Positions 34,334 to 35,752 of a stretch of DNA of 35,752 nucleotides are shown here, in pieces. Position 1 is the first letter of the stretch; each line of letters opens with the position of its first letter. Source of the stretch: a virus; UHGV virus genome UHGV-0215880, one strand, 5' to 3'. A model generated the notes under the pieces. That model was not told the origin of the DNA, made no database searches, and saw nothing but the letters and a program-made list of their open reading frames with translations. Both the position numbers and the translations under genes were made by a program.

Positions 34334-35575
34334 ATGAAAAAGAAACTATTAGTAACATTATTGGTAGGCCTGTTTTTTTTAGCGCCAGTTAGTACATTTG
34401 CTGCAAAAGGAGACCAAGGCGTTGATTTGTCTATTTGGAATGGATATCAAGCAACATTTGGTTATTCACATGATAAATTCTCAATTTCACAAATTGGTGG
34501 GCAAAATAACTATGGAATTTATGATCAAGTTACTTATTCTAGTCAAGTAGCTAGTACGATTGCTCAAGGTAAACGCGCGCATACGTATGTATGGTGGCAA
34601 AATGTCCTTACCTACGAAAATGCAAAGCAAGTATTAGATTACTTTTTACCTAAAGTACAAACACCAAAGGGATCAATTGTCGCCTTAGATGCGGAAGATG
34701 GCGTTCAATCGACGGATGTAACGCTATGGGCGTTAGACTATATCAAAGAGGCTGGATATACACCGATGCTTTACGGATACAAAGGGTATCTTACTTCAGC
34801 TTATGATCTATCACGAATTGCAAAGAAGTATCAATTATGGATGGCAGAATATCCAGATTATGTAGTGACACCTTATCCAAATTACAATTATTTTCCTTCA
34901 TTTGAAAATATCGGTATTTTTCAGTTCACGTCAACCTACGTTGCAGGAGGGCTAGATGGTAACGTTGATTTAACAGGTATTACCGATAATGGTTATACAA
35001 AAAATAACCAACCAGAAACAAACACACCAGCTATTGAAGAAGGTAAAGAAGTTGAAAAAACACCTACTTCTGCAGTAAAAGTTGGTGATATCGTCAAAGT
35101 AAAATTTAATGTAGATGCTTGGGCAACTGGCGAAGCTATTCCAGATTGGGTAAAAGGAAACAGCTATAAAGTACAAGAAGTAACTGGAAGCAGAGTATTG
35201 TTAGAAGGTATCCTGTCATGGATTAGCAAAGGCGATATTGAATTATTGCCAGATGCAACAGTTGTTCCTGATAAGCAACCAGAAACAACACACATAGTAC
35301 AATACGGCGAAACGTTATCCAGCATTGCTTATCAATATGGAACAGACTATCAAACGTTGGCGGCATTAAATGGATTGGCTAATCCAAATCTTATTTATCC
35401 TGGTCAAGCTTTGAAAGTAAATGGATCAGCAGTAAGCAACGTTTACACAGTTCAATACGGTGATAATTTATCAAGTATTGCAGCTAAACTCGGCACTACT
35501 TATCAAGCCTTAGCTGCATTAAACGGATTAGCAAATCCTAACTTGATTTATCCAGGACAAACGTTGAACTATTGA
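34334..35575 (+). CDS. Endolysin: Sec signal peptide + GH25 muramidase + SH3-like domain + 2xLysM
   Basis: Signal peptide [28 protein letters not shown]25 start [10 protein letters not shown]. Two LysM repeats ([11 protein letters not shown]...NPNLIYPGQ and [11 protein letters not shown]...). Confidence 0.9.
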   Translation: MKKKLLVTLLVGLFFLAPVSTFAAKGDQGVDLSIWNGYQATFGYSHDKFSISQIGGQNNYGIYDQVTYSSQVASTIAQGKRAHTYVWWQNVLTYENAKQVLDYFLPKVQTPKGSIVALDAEDGVQSTDVTLWALDYIKEAGYTPMLYGYKGYLTSAYDLSRIAKKYQLWMAEYPDYVVTPYPNYNYFPSFENIGIFQFTSTYVAGGLDGNVDLTGITDNGYTKNNQPETNTPAIEEGKEVEKTPTSAVKVGDIVKVKFNVDAWATGEAIPDWVKGNSYKVQEVTGSRVLLEGILSWISKGDIELLPDATVVPDKQPETTHIVQYGETLSSIAYQYGTDYQTLAALNGLANPNLIYPGQALKVNGSAVSNVYTVQYGDNLSSIAAKLGTTYQALAALNGLANPNLIYPGQTLNY

Positions 35576-35611
35576 TAGTTTTAATATAAAATAAGGATAC
35601 GCTTATTAAAT

Positions 35612-35646
35612 TTCTCTTGAGTCGTCTTCCCCAAGGCGGCTCTTTT
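35612..35646 (+). terminator. Hairpin GAGTCG/CGGCTC followed by T5, after the endolysin
   Basis: 6-bp stem with one G-U pair and a 12-nt loop, then TTTTT. Weak. Confidence 0.35.
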
Positions 35647-35648
35647 TA

Positions 35649-35722
35649 GGACCATTAGCTCAGTTGGTTAGAGCCAATCGCTCATAACGGTTAGGCCACA
35701 GGTTCGAGTCCTGTATGGTCCA
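35649..35722 (+). tRNA. tRNA-Met (anticodon CAT). Elongator-type or tRNA-Ile2 precursor. No encoded CCA.
   Basis: Hand-folded. Acceptor GGACCAT/ATGGTCC. D-stem GCTC/GAGC. Anticodon stem AATCG/CGGTT, loop CTCATAA. T-arm ACAGG-TTCGAGT-CCTGT. Discriminator A. Confidence 0.8.
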
Positions 35723-35752
35723 TAGTTAAACACCTACCTCTTTTTTTTGTGA

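Noticed and set aside
17398-35176. Remaining antisense or alternate-frame track ORFs within the structural and lysis genes (17398-17715, 20498-20758, 20971-21180, 21504-21818, 22218-22421, 23287-23514, 23628-23831, 23922-24113, 24466-24705, 25253-25483, 25718-25912, 26628-26843, 27185-27433, 29912-30106, 33004-33231, 33309-33509, 34970-35176)
   Set aside because: All are embedded in strongly supported, tightly packed sense-strand genes. They lack RBSs and have low-complexity composition.
1-35752. CRISPR arrays, IS elements, toxin-antitoxin pairs or known defence systems
   Set aside because: No short regularly spaced repeats, no transposase or inverted terminal repeats, and no recognisable defence-system domains were seen. 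The repeats that are present (iterons, arm-type repeats, 11-bp array) are accounted for above.

Overview
The window looks like a complete temperate siphovirus genome from a low-GC Gram-positive host. The ArpU-type late regulator suggests an Enterococcus/Lactobacillales-like host. Gene order is as follows. Lysogeny module: tyrosine integrase (911-2092, minus strand), a Sie-like membrane protein (2217-2735), an ImmA-type metalloprotease plus XRE/cI-like repressor (2823-3583), and a switch region with two strong candidate promoters facing each other. Early module: Cro-like protein, an Xis/MerR-like HTH protein, a Rha-family antirepressor, a YqaJ exonuclease plus RecT, a DnaD-like replisome organizer with internal iterons, MazG, RusA, a small orphan methyltransferase, YopX, and many small unknown ORFs. 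Late control: an ArpU/RinA-type late activator, a phage-borne tRNA-Trp(CCA) with an intrinsic terminator, an HNH endonuclease, a G/C-tract candidate cos region, and a P27-family small terminase. Structural module (HK97-like): large terminase, portal, prohead protease, capsid, neck proteins, major tail, tail chaperone with a −1 frameshift extension, tape measure, Dit, Tal carrying lysozyme-like and CHAP domains, BppU-like baseplate protein and three small receptor-binding-like paralogues. Lysis module: XkdX-like peptide, a small membrane protein, a phiLC3-type holin, and a GH25 + 2xLysM endolysin that carries a Sec signal peptide. A tRNA-Met(CAT) follows at 35649-35722. Four small ORFs below the 60-aa track threshold are proposed. 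The last and first bases of the window join into a canonical intrinsic terminator directly after the tRNA-Met, so the 35.75-kb sequence is probably a circularly closed phage genome rather than a prophage with host flanks. The region 577-910 next to int carries direct repeats consistent with attP arm sites. No CRISPR array or IS element was seen.
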